Source: Takakia lepidozioides (lineage: Eukaryota; Plantae; Bryophyta). Taken from it: a stretch of 64,000 nucleotides of DNA. Positions within the stretch are counted from its first letter, which is position 1. Each line of letters starts with the position of its first letter. The notes under the pieces were generated by a model. That model was not told the DNA's origin. It did not search any database and saw only the letters and a program-made list of their open reading frames with translations. The stretch covers positions 54,250,001 through 54,314,000 of the forward strand of contig CM060733.1 of NCBI GenBank assembly GCA_030704615.1, written 5' to 3'. The translations under genes and the position numbers were made by a program. Below, one piece after another: positions 13,991 to 25,035 of this stretch.

Positions 13991-14145
13991 GAGGCTGCAT
14001 TGGCTGCATAGGGGGCATTGGGTGCATTAGCTACATAGGGGGCATTGGGTGCATTGGGGACATTGGGTGCATTTGGGTGCATTGGGGGCATTGGGCGCAT
14101 TGGGAGGGGGGAGGGGGAGGGGGAGGGGGACGTGGCTGCATTGGG
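13990..14145 (+). repeat. 9-bp low-complexity repeat (GGTGCATTG/GGGGCATTG)
   Basis: Directly visible tandem units. Confidence 0.8.
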
Positions 14146-14249
14146 CAAATATTGTGGGTTCAATCCCCACCCACGTCAAGGGCAATCAAATCAGGTGTTG
14201 ATGTGCAGGTAGATTTAGGAGAACTTGACATGGCTTGATGTTGTCATAG

Positions 14250-14560
14250 AGGGCAACTGCTGAGGAGGTGGGGATGCAACAATATGAAGCCCAACCACAT
14301 CACGTTTGTTTGTGTTTGCAATGCTCCTGCAAGTCTGGGAGCCTTGGAAAAGGGGAAAGAGGTCCATGGTGACATTGTCAAAGCTGGAATTGTGCCTGAT
14401 GTAATTTTGAGTACTGCCCTGGTGGACATGTATCCCAAATGTGGGTGCATTAAGGATGCAAAGGGAGTTTTGAACATTATGGCTGAACAAGATGTAGTGT
14501 CATGGAACGCGATGCACAGCAGGGGCACGGGATGGAGGCTTTTGGGAGACCTTCCGTGAC
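14250..14560 (+). pseudogene. PLS-class PPR fragment
   Basis: KPNHITFVCVCNA..LEKGKEVHGDIVKAG..STALVDMY.KCG..DVVSWNAM. Confidence 0.85.
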
Positions 14561-14719
14561 ATGTATGGACGCAGTGGACAGATGAGGTGGAGCTGGGCAG
14601 AAATAAACGCAAGAGGAGGGCTAGCCCCCCGTGTACATGGTTGCAGGGAGGGGGCATACGCCACGAAGGTACTGTTTGGAAAAGGATGTGCCCAGCCATC
14701 TCAAGTTTTTCTTGTATTT

Positions 14720-14890
14720 CATAAATGCCCCTCAGGAAATTCTCATGGAGGCCTATAGCATCAAAGGTTTCATGGACCTCCTCCAATGTAGAAATGAAAT
14801 CATCGCCCTCTCCGGTGAAGATGGACTCCATCTTGGCGTCATACTGGCGAGCGTGAAACCGAGAACCTTCGGGTGCAGATCCTGCCATAC
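14720..14890 (-). pseudogene. eIF4A: eIF4A N-terminal exon fragment (inverted)
   Basis: MAGSAPEGSRFHARQYDAKM..EEVHETFDAIGLHENFLRGIY matches the plant eIF4A N-terminus. Confidence 0.9.
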
Positions 14891-15212
14891 TATTTCAATG
14901 ACTGTTAGCTGAAAGCGCGAGAGAGAGACCGTCGTGACCTGCCAGCGAGGATGCGAGACAGATAAGCAGCGGGGCAGCTTATCACTTAACCTTGCCCTTT
15001 CTGTGATTGCATGCATGCTTGTATATCACTCCAAATGTTTGGCTCGCGTTCCTCCCTCAGCTGCAAGAACTAACATAAACAAGAGCCTTCTTTCAACTGA
15101 ATGTAATATTAGTGTGTTCTCAGTGCTTAGCCTCGCCCGTTCTTCAGAGTATCTCATATTTAGTGCGGCTCAGTAGCAAGTAATGTCGATGTGCCTCTTT
15201 GGTTTCTCTACA

Positions 15213-15805
15213 GATTTATGACATGAGCTTCTAGCTTCTTCCACAAAAGCTGCAAGTGGGTGTGTTCTTGGCTACAATGCCACCAGCAGCCTTGGAGATC
15301 GCCAGAAAATTCATGAACAAGGCAATGAAAATCCTGGTGAAAAGGGATGAGCTCACCCATGAGGCTATCAAGCAGTTCTATGTCAATGTGGACCGTGAGA
15401 AATGGAAGCTTGACACTTTGTGTGATTTGTATGGGACGCTGGCAATTGCCCAGAGTGTTGTCTTCATCAACACCCGCCGGAAAGTTGACTGGCTTACTGA
15501 TACTTGATGCGCGGTATGTTGATCTTTACATGTCGATGGTCATTTCTAGAGGCTTCCAAGAGAACACTGCTTCTTCACCAATGTTTTAGTTGCAGATGAG
15601 TTACACACAGATTTAGATCCTTCACGCATAATTGTAAATGTGCTCACTGTCTGTTTTTGTGTTAATGGTGAGTGCAGCCCGTGACCACACTGTCTCAGCC
15701 GCACATGGAGATCTGGACCAGAACACCCGGGACATCATCATGGAGTTCCGATTCAGATCCTGGACCGAGTCCTAATTACAACTGATCTGCTGACACGTGG
15801 TATTA
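15213..15805 (+). pseudogene. eIF4A: eIF4A central fragment with intron
   Basis: [47 protein letters not shown], then [32 protein letters not shown]. Confidence 0.92.
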
Positions 15806-15879
15806 CTTGTGATTCCTTGTGGATGGATAGCTACAAGAAACCTGCATGGGTAGATGGTCAACTGGAAGCAGCGGCGGCA

Positions 15880-16918
15880 CAGATGAAAGACCTGCAAGCT
15901 GGAAAGCAGGTGCACGCTCACATTATCCAAAGTGGATTTGAGCCAAACGTTTTTCTACACAACAACCTTGTTAACATGTATGTTAAGTGTGGGAGCATCG
16001 TGGACGCTCACCAAGTGTTCAACATAATGCTTGAACGGTTAAAACATGGAATATAATGATGGCAGGATTTACCAAGCATGGGTGTGGAAGGAATGCTTTG
16101 GAGACATATGAGGCAATGATGCGGGAAGGGGTGAAGCCGAACCACATTACGTTTGTTTGCATTTGCAATGCGTGTGCGAGCTTGGCAGCCCTGGAAAAGG
16201 GCAAAGAGGTCCATGGTGCCATTGTCAAAGCTGGAATTGTGCCAGATGTCATCCTGAACACTGCCCTGGTGGACATGTATGCCAAAAGCCGGAGCATTGA
16301 AGATGCAAAGGGAGTGTTTGACAGTATGGCTGAACGAAATGTGGTGTCGTGGAATGCAATGATTGCAGGATATGCACAGCAGGGGCGGGGGATGGAGGCT
16401 TTGGAGACCTATGAGCAAATGGTACAGGAAGGGGTGAAGCCTAACCACATCACGTTTGTTTGTGTTTGCAATGCTTGTGCGAGCCAGGCAGCCCTGGAAA
16501 AGGGCAAAGAGGTCCATGGTGACATTATCAAAGGTGGAATTGTACCAAATGTCATTCTGAACAATACCCTGGTGGATATGTATGCCAAATGTGGGTGCAT
16601 TGAGGACGCAAAAGGAGTGTTCGACAATATGGCTGACAGAGATGTGGTGTCGTGGAACGCAATGATTGCAGGATATGCACAGCAGGGGTGCAGGATGGAG
16701 GCTTGAGAGACCTATGAGCACATGATGCGAGAAAGGGTGAGGCCGAACCACATCACATTTGTTTGCGTTTGCAATGTGTGTGTGAGCCTGTCAGCCCTTG
16801 AAAAGAGCAAACAGGTCCATGGTGACATCATCCAAGCTGGAATTGTACCAGATCTCATTCTGAACAATACCCTGGTGAACATGTATGCCAAATGTGGGTG
16901 CATTGAGGATGCGAAGAA
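15880..16918 (+). pseudogene. PLS-class PPR repeats (about 3 PLS triplets), degenerate
   Basis: ~303-bp periodic VKPNHITFVC.CNACAS.AALEKGKEVHG..LNTALVDMYAKCG.IEDAKGVFD.M..R.VVSWNAMIAGYAQQG; internal stop at 16704-16706. Confidence 0.93.
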
Positions 16919-16923
16919 AGTAT

Positions 16924-17127
16924 CAGGTGTCCCTGGTCATTAACTATGACCTGCCCACCCAACCGGAGAAGTATCTCCACCGTATTGGCCGTAGTGGGCG
17001 TTTTGGGCACAAGGGTGTGGCCATTAATTTTGTCACAAAGGATGATAAGCGCATGCTCCAAGACCTCCAAAGGTTCTACAACACTGTTATCAAGGAGCTG
17101 CCTTCAAATGTTGCAGATCTTTTGTGA
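16924..17127 (+). pseudogene. eIF4A: eIF4A C-terminal fragment with native stop
   Basis: [46 protein letters not shown]. Confidence 0.95.
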
Positions 17128-17326
17128 GTTGAAGATACCTTGTTCCATAAGTGAGGGGAGGGGGGCTTCGGAATCTCTACATCCCATTAGGATTGGTCAT
17201 GGAATTACCAAGCACTGTATGCATGCAAGCGGATCTAGTCATAATGTTGAAAGTGTTGCTTGAGAAAGTGAGCTTGAAGTTACTTTCCAGCTGCTTACGA
17301 GGCACTTTAGCCGGATATAAATGAAT

Positions 17327-17675
17327 GGAATATTCAAGACAGTGAAAGCAAGAAAGTGCTCGTTAGTACATGGTATCTTTAAAAGTTTTTTCATATGCAT
17401 ATTCTAGGCAGCTGAGAGAGAGCAATTGATGGGGGCAGGGGTGGAATATTCAAGACAAAGGAAGCAAGAAAGTGCTGGTTAGTACATGGTATCTTTAAAA
17501 GTTTTTCATATGCATATTCTAAGCAGCTGAGAGAGAGCAATTGATGGGGGCAGGGGTGGAATATTCAAGACAGTGGAAGCAAGAAAGTGTTGGTTAGTAC
17601 ATGGTATCTTTAAAAGTTTTTCATATGCATATTCTACTAGGCAGCTGAGAGAGAGCAATTGATGGGGGCAGGGGT
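17327..17675 (+). repeat. 3 x ~116-bp tandem repeat
   Basis: GGAATATTCAAGACA..TTAGTACATGGTATCTTTAAAAGTTTTTCATATGCATATTCTA..GCAGCTGAGAGAGAGCAATTGATGGGGGCAGGGGT, three copies. Confidence 0.9.
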
Positions 17676-17885
17676 GAAGCCCGAGCACATCACGTTTGTG
17701 TGCGTTTGTAGTTCGTGTCGAAGCCTGGCAGCCCTGGAAAAGGGCAAAGATGTGCATGGTTGCATCACCAAAGATGGAATTGTACCAGATGTGATTATGA
17801 CAATACCCTCGTGGACATGTATGCCAAATGTGGGAGTGTTAACAATATGGCTCAACGAGATTTGGAGTTGTGGAATGCCATGCTT
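17670..17885 (+). pseudogene. PLS-class PPR fragment
   Basis: GVKPEHITFVCVCSSC..LEKGKDVHG; NTLVDMYAKCGS..LWNAML. Confidence 0.8.
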
Positions 17886-17914
17886 GCAGCAGCATTTTCA
17901 TTATCATTCGTTCC

Positions 17915-18245
17915 TACATTCATCCAATAGTTGCCAGCAAGGCGTTTGATTTATCGTTCATTCATACGTTCATCCAGTGCACAAAAATTATTTTTCGTAC
18001 GTTCATCCAATAGCTGCCAGCAAGGCGTTTGTTTATCATTCGTTCAGATAGTTCAGTTGTTTTGTTTCACTAACCTTTCGTACGTTCATCCAATAGCTGC
18101 CAGCAAGGCGTTTGTTTATCATTCATTCACATAATTCAGTTGTCTTGTTTCACTAACCTTTCATACGTTCATCCAATAGCTGCCAGCAAGGCGTTTTTTT
18201 TAATCATTCGTTCAGATAATTTAGTTGTTTTGTTTCACTAACCTT
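17915..18245 (+). repeat. 4 x ~84-bp tandem repeat near CACTA end
   Basis: TTCATCCAATAGCTGCCAGCAAGGCGTT at ~17919, 18002, 18086 and 18168. Confidence 0.9.
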
Positions 18246-18379
18246 AACCAACACACGATTAGTTTACTATTAATGAGCTGGGTCAATTAAAACGTAGTTA
18301 AGTTGTTTTACTTCTTATTATCCACATATATATTGCTATATAATTTATATATTGTGATTACACGTGCCATTACTTAACT

Positions 18380-18567
18380 GGTTGTCTCAGTCAGCTCATT
18401 TTAGGTAGTCAAAGTTTCTCACTACAGTCAAAATTTTCGCGGTTGTCTAGCACCTCGAATATTTTAATATAAATTTTGACTGAAAAAGGGTTGGCACAGT
18501 CGAAAGTGACAACAGTCAACGCCAGCGTCAAACAAAATTGTCGAAATACATAGGGTGTGTTGTAGTG
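18380..18567 (+). mobile_element. CACTA terminus (..TGTTGTAGTG) with CAGTCAA subterminal repeats
   Basis: Reverse complement begins CACTACAACACA; followed by ATA (18568-18570); several CAGTC(A/G)A / TTGACTG motifs inside. Confidence 0.75.
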
Positions 18568-20331
18568 ATATTATCAGTTTGCACTCTTGTTACTGCTTGT
18601 GGATTTAGGCTGAGTTTGTGTTGCAAGTTCAAGGGTTGTCATCTTTGCAGTTTCCCTCACACTTTGCACAGTTCAACTTCCATTGTCTATGGATTCCACC
18701 CCAACATCCACTTTTCACGAAACCGAAGCGGGGCAGGACAAAGTCTGGAGGTACCACACTGTGGACTCAGTGCGCTGCATGACAGTCGACTTGGGTGCTT
18801 TGGAGTGCGTCTATACTATGGACGAGGAGGAGCAGTCAGGTGTTTTCATTTGCCATGTTCTTATGGGATTTGTGGACAAGCTCATTTTCAAGACATTCAA
18901 AGTACTGCACCTCTCGGTTTGATGGGGAGGCCCCAGTAGATTGGGGTTATCATATCTCCCTGGATGCGGATTGGGTGCAGGACCTACTGACACTCATCCC
19001 AGCCTCCATGCAAGACATGATAGTTGTGTATCCAAGTTCAGGTGTGTAGTGTTTGAACATGCGGCTGTTTTTTCTAGCAGTTCTATAGTCAGGCCACATT
19101 CTCACACCAATGTGTAGGTGTTGTAGCTATTCTGTAACTCAGAAGTGATATACAGGTTGTTTTGTCGGTAGAGAATGATTCATGTGGCACCCACTTTTCA
19201 TTGAGGGTTTTCATATCACGCGCACATGTAATTGACGCTTCTCATCAGTTTCATACATGCACCTTTATGCTGAAATGATCATTTTCTTCTCACTTGAACG
19301 TTGAAATACTTAGTGAATCTTGGCCACGCATTTGCTGTTTACATACATATGACCGTGTGTCTTTCCATGGCTCAACAAACCATGTACATCTGAAAGGGTG
19401 GATTCCAGCAGCAAAGGAAAGGGAGAAGCCATGCAACCTTCGTCCCCTGTGTCTGTGAACTGAAATTGAAATGACTCATCTCTCGTGCCTTTCATGTATT
19501 GCACATGGTATTACATACTACTTCTTCTGTGGCAAGTGCACATGTATAGCAGATGGTCAAGGATTCTAATTCTGGTGCCAGTCCACACCCATCTCGAATT
19601 AGAACATTAGGTCATTGCAAGTTTCACCAACTGTCATGTTTATTACTTACCACAATGACGTATGAATTTTCATATCAGCCTGCTACCCTCCACATTATGG
19701 AAAATTGTTTTTTGGCCACATACAGGGATAGCAGGGTGACCACAATATCAGGTGGGATTGATGCCAACACATACAGATGCGAGAGATTTAGCACATATCC
19801 AGCCTTCCAAATGTTGCTGCTGCTCTTTACTCCCAAACATGATGACTTCCACTTTCGTTTTAAAGTCCTTGAAAAAACAAGTATGAATGGAAAATAAATA
19901 AAATAAACTTACACAAGTAAATATACATAAGTGGAAGTATTTGGACAGCACCGTGGTCTGCTATATGGCCAAGTAGTCGTCTGAATGATACGAAAGTGCT
20001 CTCATATGTAATGCAGTGCATAAACCAGTCTGTCCTGTATATAATTGAAGTACGGGAGCAAGTTTTTCAGTGCCAGGATTTTGAAAACCCCTTCCAACAG
20101 GTATACATGTTATAGTGGGGGAAATCCATTCAGTTCAGCCTTTATGTTAAAGAATCATGCAAACAAACTTTCTTGTCTGCAGATCCCACCATTGAGGGAC
20201 TCCGTCCTTTCAGTTCATTGCATTTTTTGCTGTCTGAGACGTTCTCCTCCTCATTGCATTCTGTGTTGTCTGAGACGTTATCCTCCTCATTTTCATTTTA
20301 CAGACGTTGTTTTCGTCGTTCTGTCTTTGCT

Positions 20332-21013
20332 ATGGCGTACACATCTGCCGCCACCGCTTCAGAGTTGAAGGTGGGTATACAGGATGCACGAGACATTTCG
20401 GAATCCCTCCCGTATTCTTTCACATGGACACAGGCTGTTGTTAGCAATATTGTTTTTGGAGCTGGGATGCTCAAGCACATCTTGCTTGAGGGCGTCATCC
20501 TAATGTACAAGCCGAATGCCCCGAGAACATATGGGCTCAAGTATGTCACAATGGGCATCCCTATGGGCATTTGGGATGTCATTGCCATGGCAGCATAAGA
20601 CAAAGATTACCGTCTGGACAAGACTATGAAGGACCGCAAATCCGGGGACCATGTCTGGATGGAGGTCAACATTCGGAGTGAGGACAACATGTTCTAGATG
20701 GTGGAGGCTGGTGCTGGCAAAAAATCCAGTGTTGGATCTGAGGAAGTGTCTGCAAACTACAAGGAGCAGCATCATCGTGAAGGGTAAATTCACGATGCGG
20801 TTCAAAAAGCAGTATTTTCGTTCCAAAGGCCCTGGAAGTGTTCCTTGGTCACTCGGCATGACTGCAACTGAGGCTTTCCTAATGGACAAAACCGACATTG
20901 TGGAGGTTTCTGATGTCGATGACGTAGTTCAAAATCTTGCAGCCCTTAGGGTGAGCCCAGGTTTGTCTGCCGTGCTAAAAACCAGATGTGGAATGTCTTC
21001 AGTTGTGGATTGA
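20332..21013 (+). pseudogene. Degenerate ORF of unknown function
   Basis: MAYTSAATASELKVG..YKPNAPRTYGLKYVTMGIP..KGKFTMRFKK..PWSLGMTATEAF, with stops and a frameshift. Confidence 0.4.
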
Positions 21014-21595
21014 CGGAGTGTGTCCAGAATGTTTTGTCATTGCAATTACATCATGTTCGTGGGGAGGATTTGGTGTAACGACGAAGGGGGGAAGTAGGCA
21101 AGGCCAGTGACAACGCCTTTGTTACGTAATGTGGAATTGTAAGAGTGGACTCTGTACTTGCTGCTCATGTGTTTCAAATTTCCAGAACCATGTTGACGTT
21201 ATTCTGTTTCTTGTGTCCTTATCATTTGCATTCATTTGTTTCATGCCCAAATTCTTGGTTACCTGGTCAGTGTTGTCCTGAACGAGAGGGACGAGGGTTA
21301 TGTCTTGTAGTGATTGCCAAAATGTATGTTACTTCAGGATGAGAAATGCAGGAAAGGAAGATTAGAGTTGCAGGTTGCGACACTGAAACCGCAAGTTCGA
21401 CAGAAGTCTCAGCCTGTGACATATGGGCATTTCACGCCCACAAACTTCAAGGAGTTTTGGGTCAGCCTTTAACCTCCACAGTTACGAGTCCTTCAAGTGT
21501 TCGATATGCATGTAGGAAGTGAATGACAACAATGCCCTTAATACTTTTTAGCTACATAAGTTTTACTAACACAGACTTTGTGATCTTGTAGGATC

Positions 21596-22760
21596 ATGCA
21601 AAACGACAGAAGGGCTCTAGTTCAAAGACCCCTACCATCCCTGCAGCCCCAATCTCTCCTGGTGGCCAAGGCTGGTTGTATGGGACTGTCGGGCAGATGT
21701 ACCCTATATCATCATCGTCCTTCCAGCAGCCTGCATCAGGAGGCAATTACAACCAACAGCCTCAGTACATACAGAGTCCCCAAAGCCCACAGACAGAACC
21801 CATACTCGAACTTGCCTCCCTCACAGCAGCCCCCTTTCCAGGGTGCTCCGGTGCAGTTTGGAAACCAGCCTGGTTTTCACAACTTTGGGAGCAACAACCA
21901 GCCTCCTGTGTTGCCGTTTCTTTACCAACAACAACAGAGCCAACATGGTGGTGCAATGGGGCAAGTTGCCCACCCAAATTGGGGGCTTGTTGGAGGATGG
22001 GGTGCTGGACCTGTAGGTGATGCCGTCGTCAAGGGCGAAGCAGCAGCAAAGGATGTACAGCCAGCGGTGGAGGGGGCAGCAGCAAAGGCGCGGAGGGCAG
22101 AGCTTCGACGGGAAGCAAGGAAAGACAATAAGGACTTGCAAGAGCAGTGGAAGCGCAGTGCCTCAGAAGGTCAGCCTGTCTACACAATTACTACTACTAA
22201 GATAGGTGACATTGCGAAGGGGAAGTCAAAATGGCAAACAAAGATAAAAGGCCACGTGATACGCTGTCTTGACTTTGGGGGCAGGGGAATTAAACACCAG
22301 AATGAGGATAAGATAAATTTCATTGTCAAGGAGATGCAAATTGAGTTCCAGTATGCACCATTTCCTTTGAAGGCAAACGCAGTTCGTACTTACATAATGA
22401 ATTTCATGAAGAGTGAGAGATCTCACTAGAAGAGAGAGTGGACTGCACACAATACCAGGCCCGATGATTGTCCTCCACACGCGTGGAAGAGCTTGGTGGG
22501 ATGGTGGTCATCGAAAGAGGGGCAGGAGGAGGCCGAAGACAGGGCTGCATCTCGTGCTGCAGTAAAAAAGGGAAGCCACGTTGGACGGGCTGGAATTAAT
22601 TGCAGGGACATCAGCCTAATTGGTAAGATGACTTATATGTATATTGCATCTGTCCTCTCATCTATGAACTTGCCCCCATGAGTGATGGCGAACTCCCTAA
22701 TGAGGGCTGGAGTCGTAGGTGGATGCACTCAAACGAGACAAACTGCTTCAAACAAACAAG
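21596..22760 (+). pseudogene. CACTA TnpA-like (Ptta/Transposase_24-type) gene, N-terminal part
   Basis: Q/P/G-rich N-terminus, then RPDDCPPHAWKSLVGWWSSKEGQEEAEDRAASRAAVKKGSHVGRAG, matching the P..W..LV..W.S.E......R.....H..G pattern. Confidence 0.7.
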
Positions 22761-22789
22761 TATGCGAATAGGACATCCACAAAGAACGG

Positions 22790-25035
22790 GTGTTTTCAAC
22801 TTGGCACACTGGTCCAGTGTGGCCCATTTAGACATCAAAAAATGGGCACAAACAGTTTGCGTTGAAGCACACTGTTTGGTGCTTCCAACTACGGGTGTTT
22901 TGACCTTGGCATACTGGCCCTGTGTGGCCCAATTAGACATAAAAAAAACAAGCATAAATAGGAGCACAAATAGTGTGATTTGAAGCACATTGTTTGGTGC
23001 TTCCAATTATAGGTTTTTTGACATGGCATACTGGCCCTGTGTGGCTCATTTTGAAATCAAAAAACAGGCTGAGAGAAGGGTACAAATAGTGTGCGTTGAC
23101 GGGCACTGTTTGATGCTTCCAACTATGGGGTTGTTTGACATGGCATTCTGGCACTGTTTGGCCCATTTACACATCAAAAAATTAGCATAAAGGGGAGCAC
23201 AAACAGTGTGCTTTGAAGCACACTGTTTGGAGCTCCCAATTAGGGTTTTTTGACATGGCATAGTGGCCTTGTGTGGCCCATTTAGACATCCAAAAACAGG
23301 CGGAGATGGCGGCACAAACAGTGTGCGTTGACGCACACTGTTTGGAGCTTCCAACTATGGGGTTTTGTGACATGGCATTCTGGCACTGTGTTGCCCATTT
23401 AGACATCAATAAACAAGTATCAAGGGGAGCAAAAATAGTGTGCTTCGAAGCACAGTGTTTGGTGCTTCCAATTAGGGGTTTTTTGACATGGCATTCTGGA
23501 CCTGTGTGGCTCATTTGGAATAAAAAAACAGGCCGAGAGAAGGGCACAAACAGGGTGCGTTGATGCGCACTGTTTGATGCTTCCAACTATGGGGTTGTTT
23601 GACATGGCATTTTGGCACTTTTTGGCCCATTTACACATCAAAAAATTAGCATAAAGGGGAGCAAAAACAGTGTGCTTTCAAACACACTGTTTGGAGCTCC
23701 CAATTAGGGGTTTTTTGACAGGGCACAATGGCCTTGTGTGGCCCATTCATACATCAAAAAACAGGCTGAGATGGCGGCACAAACAGTGTGCGTTGACGCA
23801 CACTCTTTGGTGCTTCCAACTATGGGGTGCTTTTACATGGCATTTTGGCCCTGTGTTGCCCATTTAAACATCAATAAACCAACATAAAGGGGAGCAGAAA
23901 CAGTGTGCTTTAAGCACACTGTTTGGAGCTCCCAATTAGGAGTTTATTGACATGGCATACTGGCCCTGTGTAGCTCATTTTGAAATTAAAAAACAGGCTG
24001 AGAGAAGGCACAAACAGTGTGCATTGACGCGCACTGTTTAATGCTTCCAACTATGGGGTTGTTTGACATGGCATTCTGGCACTGTTTGGCCCATTTAGAC
24101 ATCAATAAACAAGCATAAAGGGGAGCAGAAACAGTGTGCTTTCAAGCACACTATTTGGTGCTTCCAATTAGGGTTTTTTTGACATTGCATACTGGCCGTG
24201 TGTGGCTCATTTTGAAATCAAAAAACAAGCTGAGAGAAGGGCACAAACAGTGTGCGTTTACGTACACTGTTTGATGCTTCCAACCATGGGGTTGTTTGAC
24301 ATGGCATTCTGGCACTATTTGGCCCATTTACACATCAAAACATTAGCATAAAGGGAAGAAAAAACAGTGTGCTCTGAAGCACATTGTTTGGTGCTCCCAA
24401 TTAGGGGTTTTTTGACATGGCATAGTGGCCTTGTGTGGCCCATTTAGACATAAAAAAACAGGCTGAGATGGCGTCACAAAAAGTGTGCGTTGACGCACAG
24501 TATTTGGTGCTTCCAATTATGGGGTTTTCTTACATGGCATTCTGGCCCTATGTTGTCCATTTAGACTTCAATAAACAAGCATAAAGGGGAGCAGAAACAG
24601 TGTGCTTTGAAGCACACTGTTTGGTGCTTCCAATAAGGGGTTTTTTGACATGGCATACTGGCCGTGTGTGGCTCATTTTGAAATCAAAAAATAGGGTAAG
24701 AGAAGGGCACAAACAGTGTGCGTTGACGCACAGTGTTTGATGCTTCCAACCATGGGGTTGTTTGACATGGCATTCTGACATTATTTGGCCCATTTACACA
24801 TCAAAACATTAGCATAAAGGGAAGAAATAACAGTGTGCTGTGAAGCACACTGTTTGGAGCTCCCAATTAGGGGTTTTTTGACATGGCATAGTGGCCTTAG
24901 GTGGCCCATTTAGACATAAAAAAAACAGGCTGAGATGGCGTCACAAACAGTGTGCGTTGACGCACACTATTTGGTGCTTCCAACTATGGGGTTTTCTGAC
25001 ATGGCATTCTAGCCCTGTGTTGCCCATTTAGACCT
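22790..25035 (+). repeat. ~117-bp satellite array (~19 units) with 2-mer/4-mer higher-order structure
   Basis: GACATGGCA recurs every ~116-117 bp; each unit has AAACAGTGTGC(G/T)TTGA(C/A)GCACACTGTTT. Confidence 0.97.

Noticed and set aside
18420-18430. CACTACAGTC as the start of a tiny CACTA element ending at 18567
   Set aside because: Flanks differ (TCT versus ATA), and the sequence matches the CAGTCAA subterminal motif.
22790-25035. CRISPR-like array (regular palindromic repeats)
   Set aside because: Intervening sequences are themselves repeated rather than unique spacers, there are no cas genes, and the context is eukaryotic; this is a satellite.
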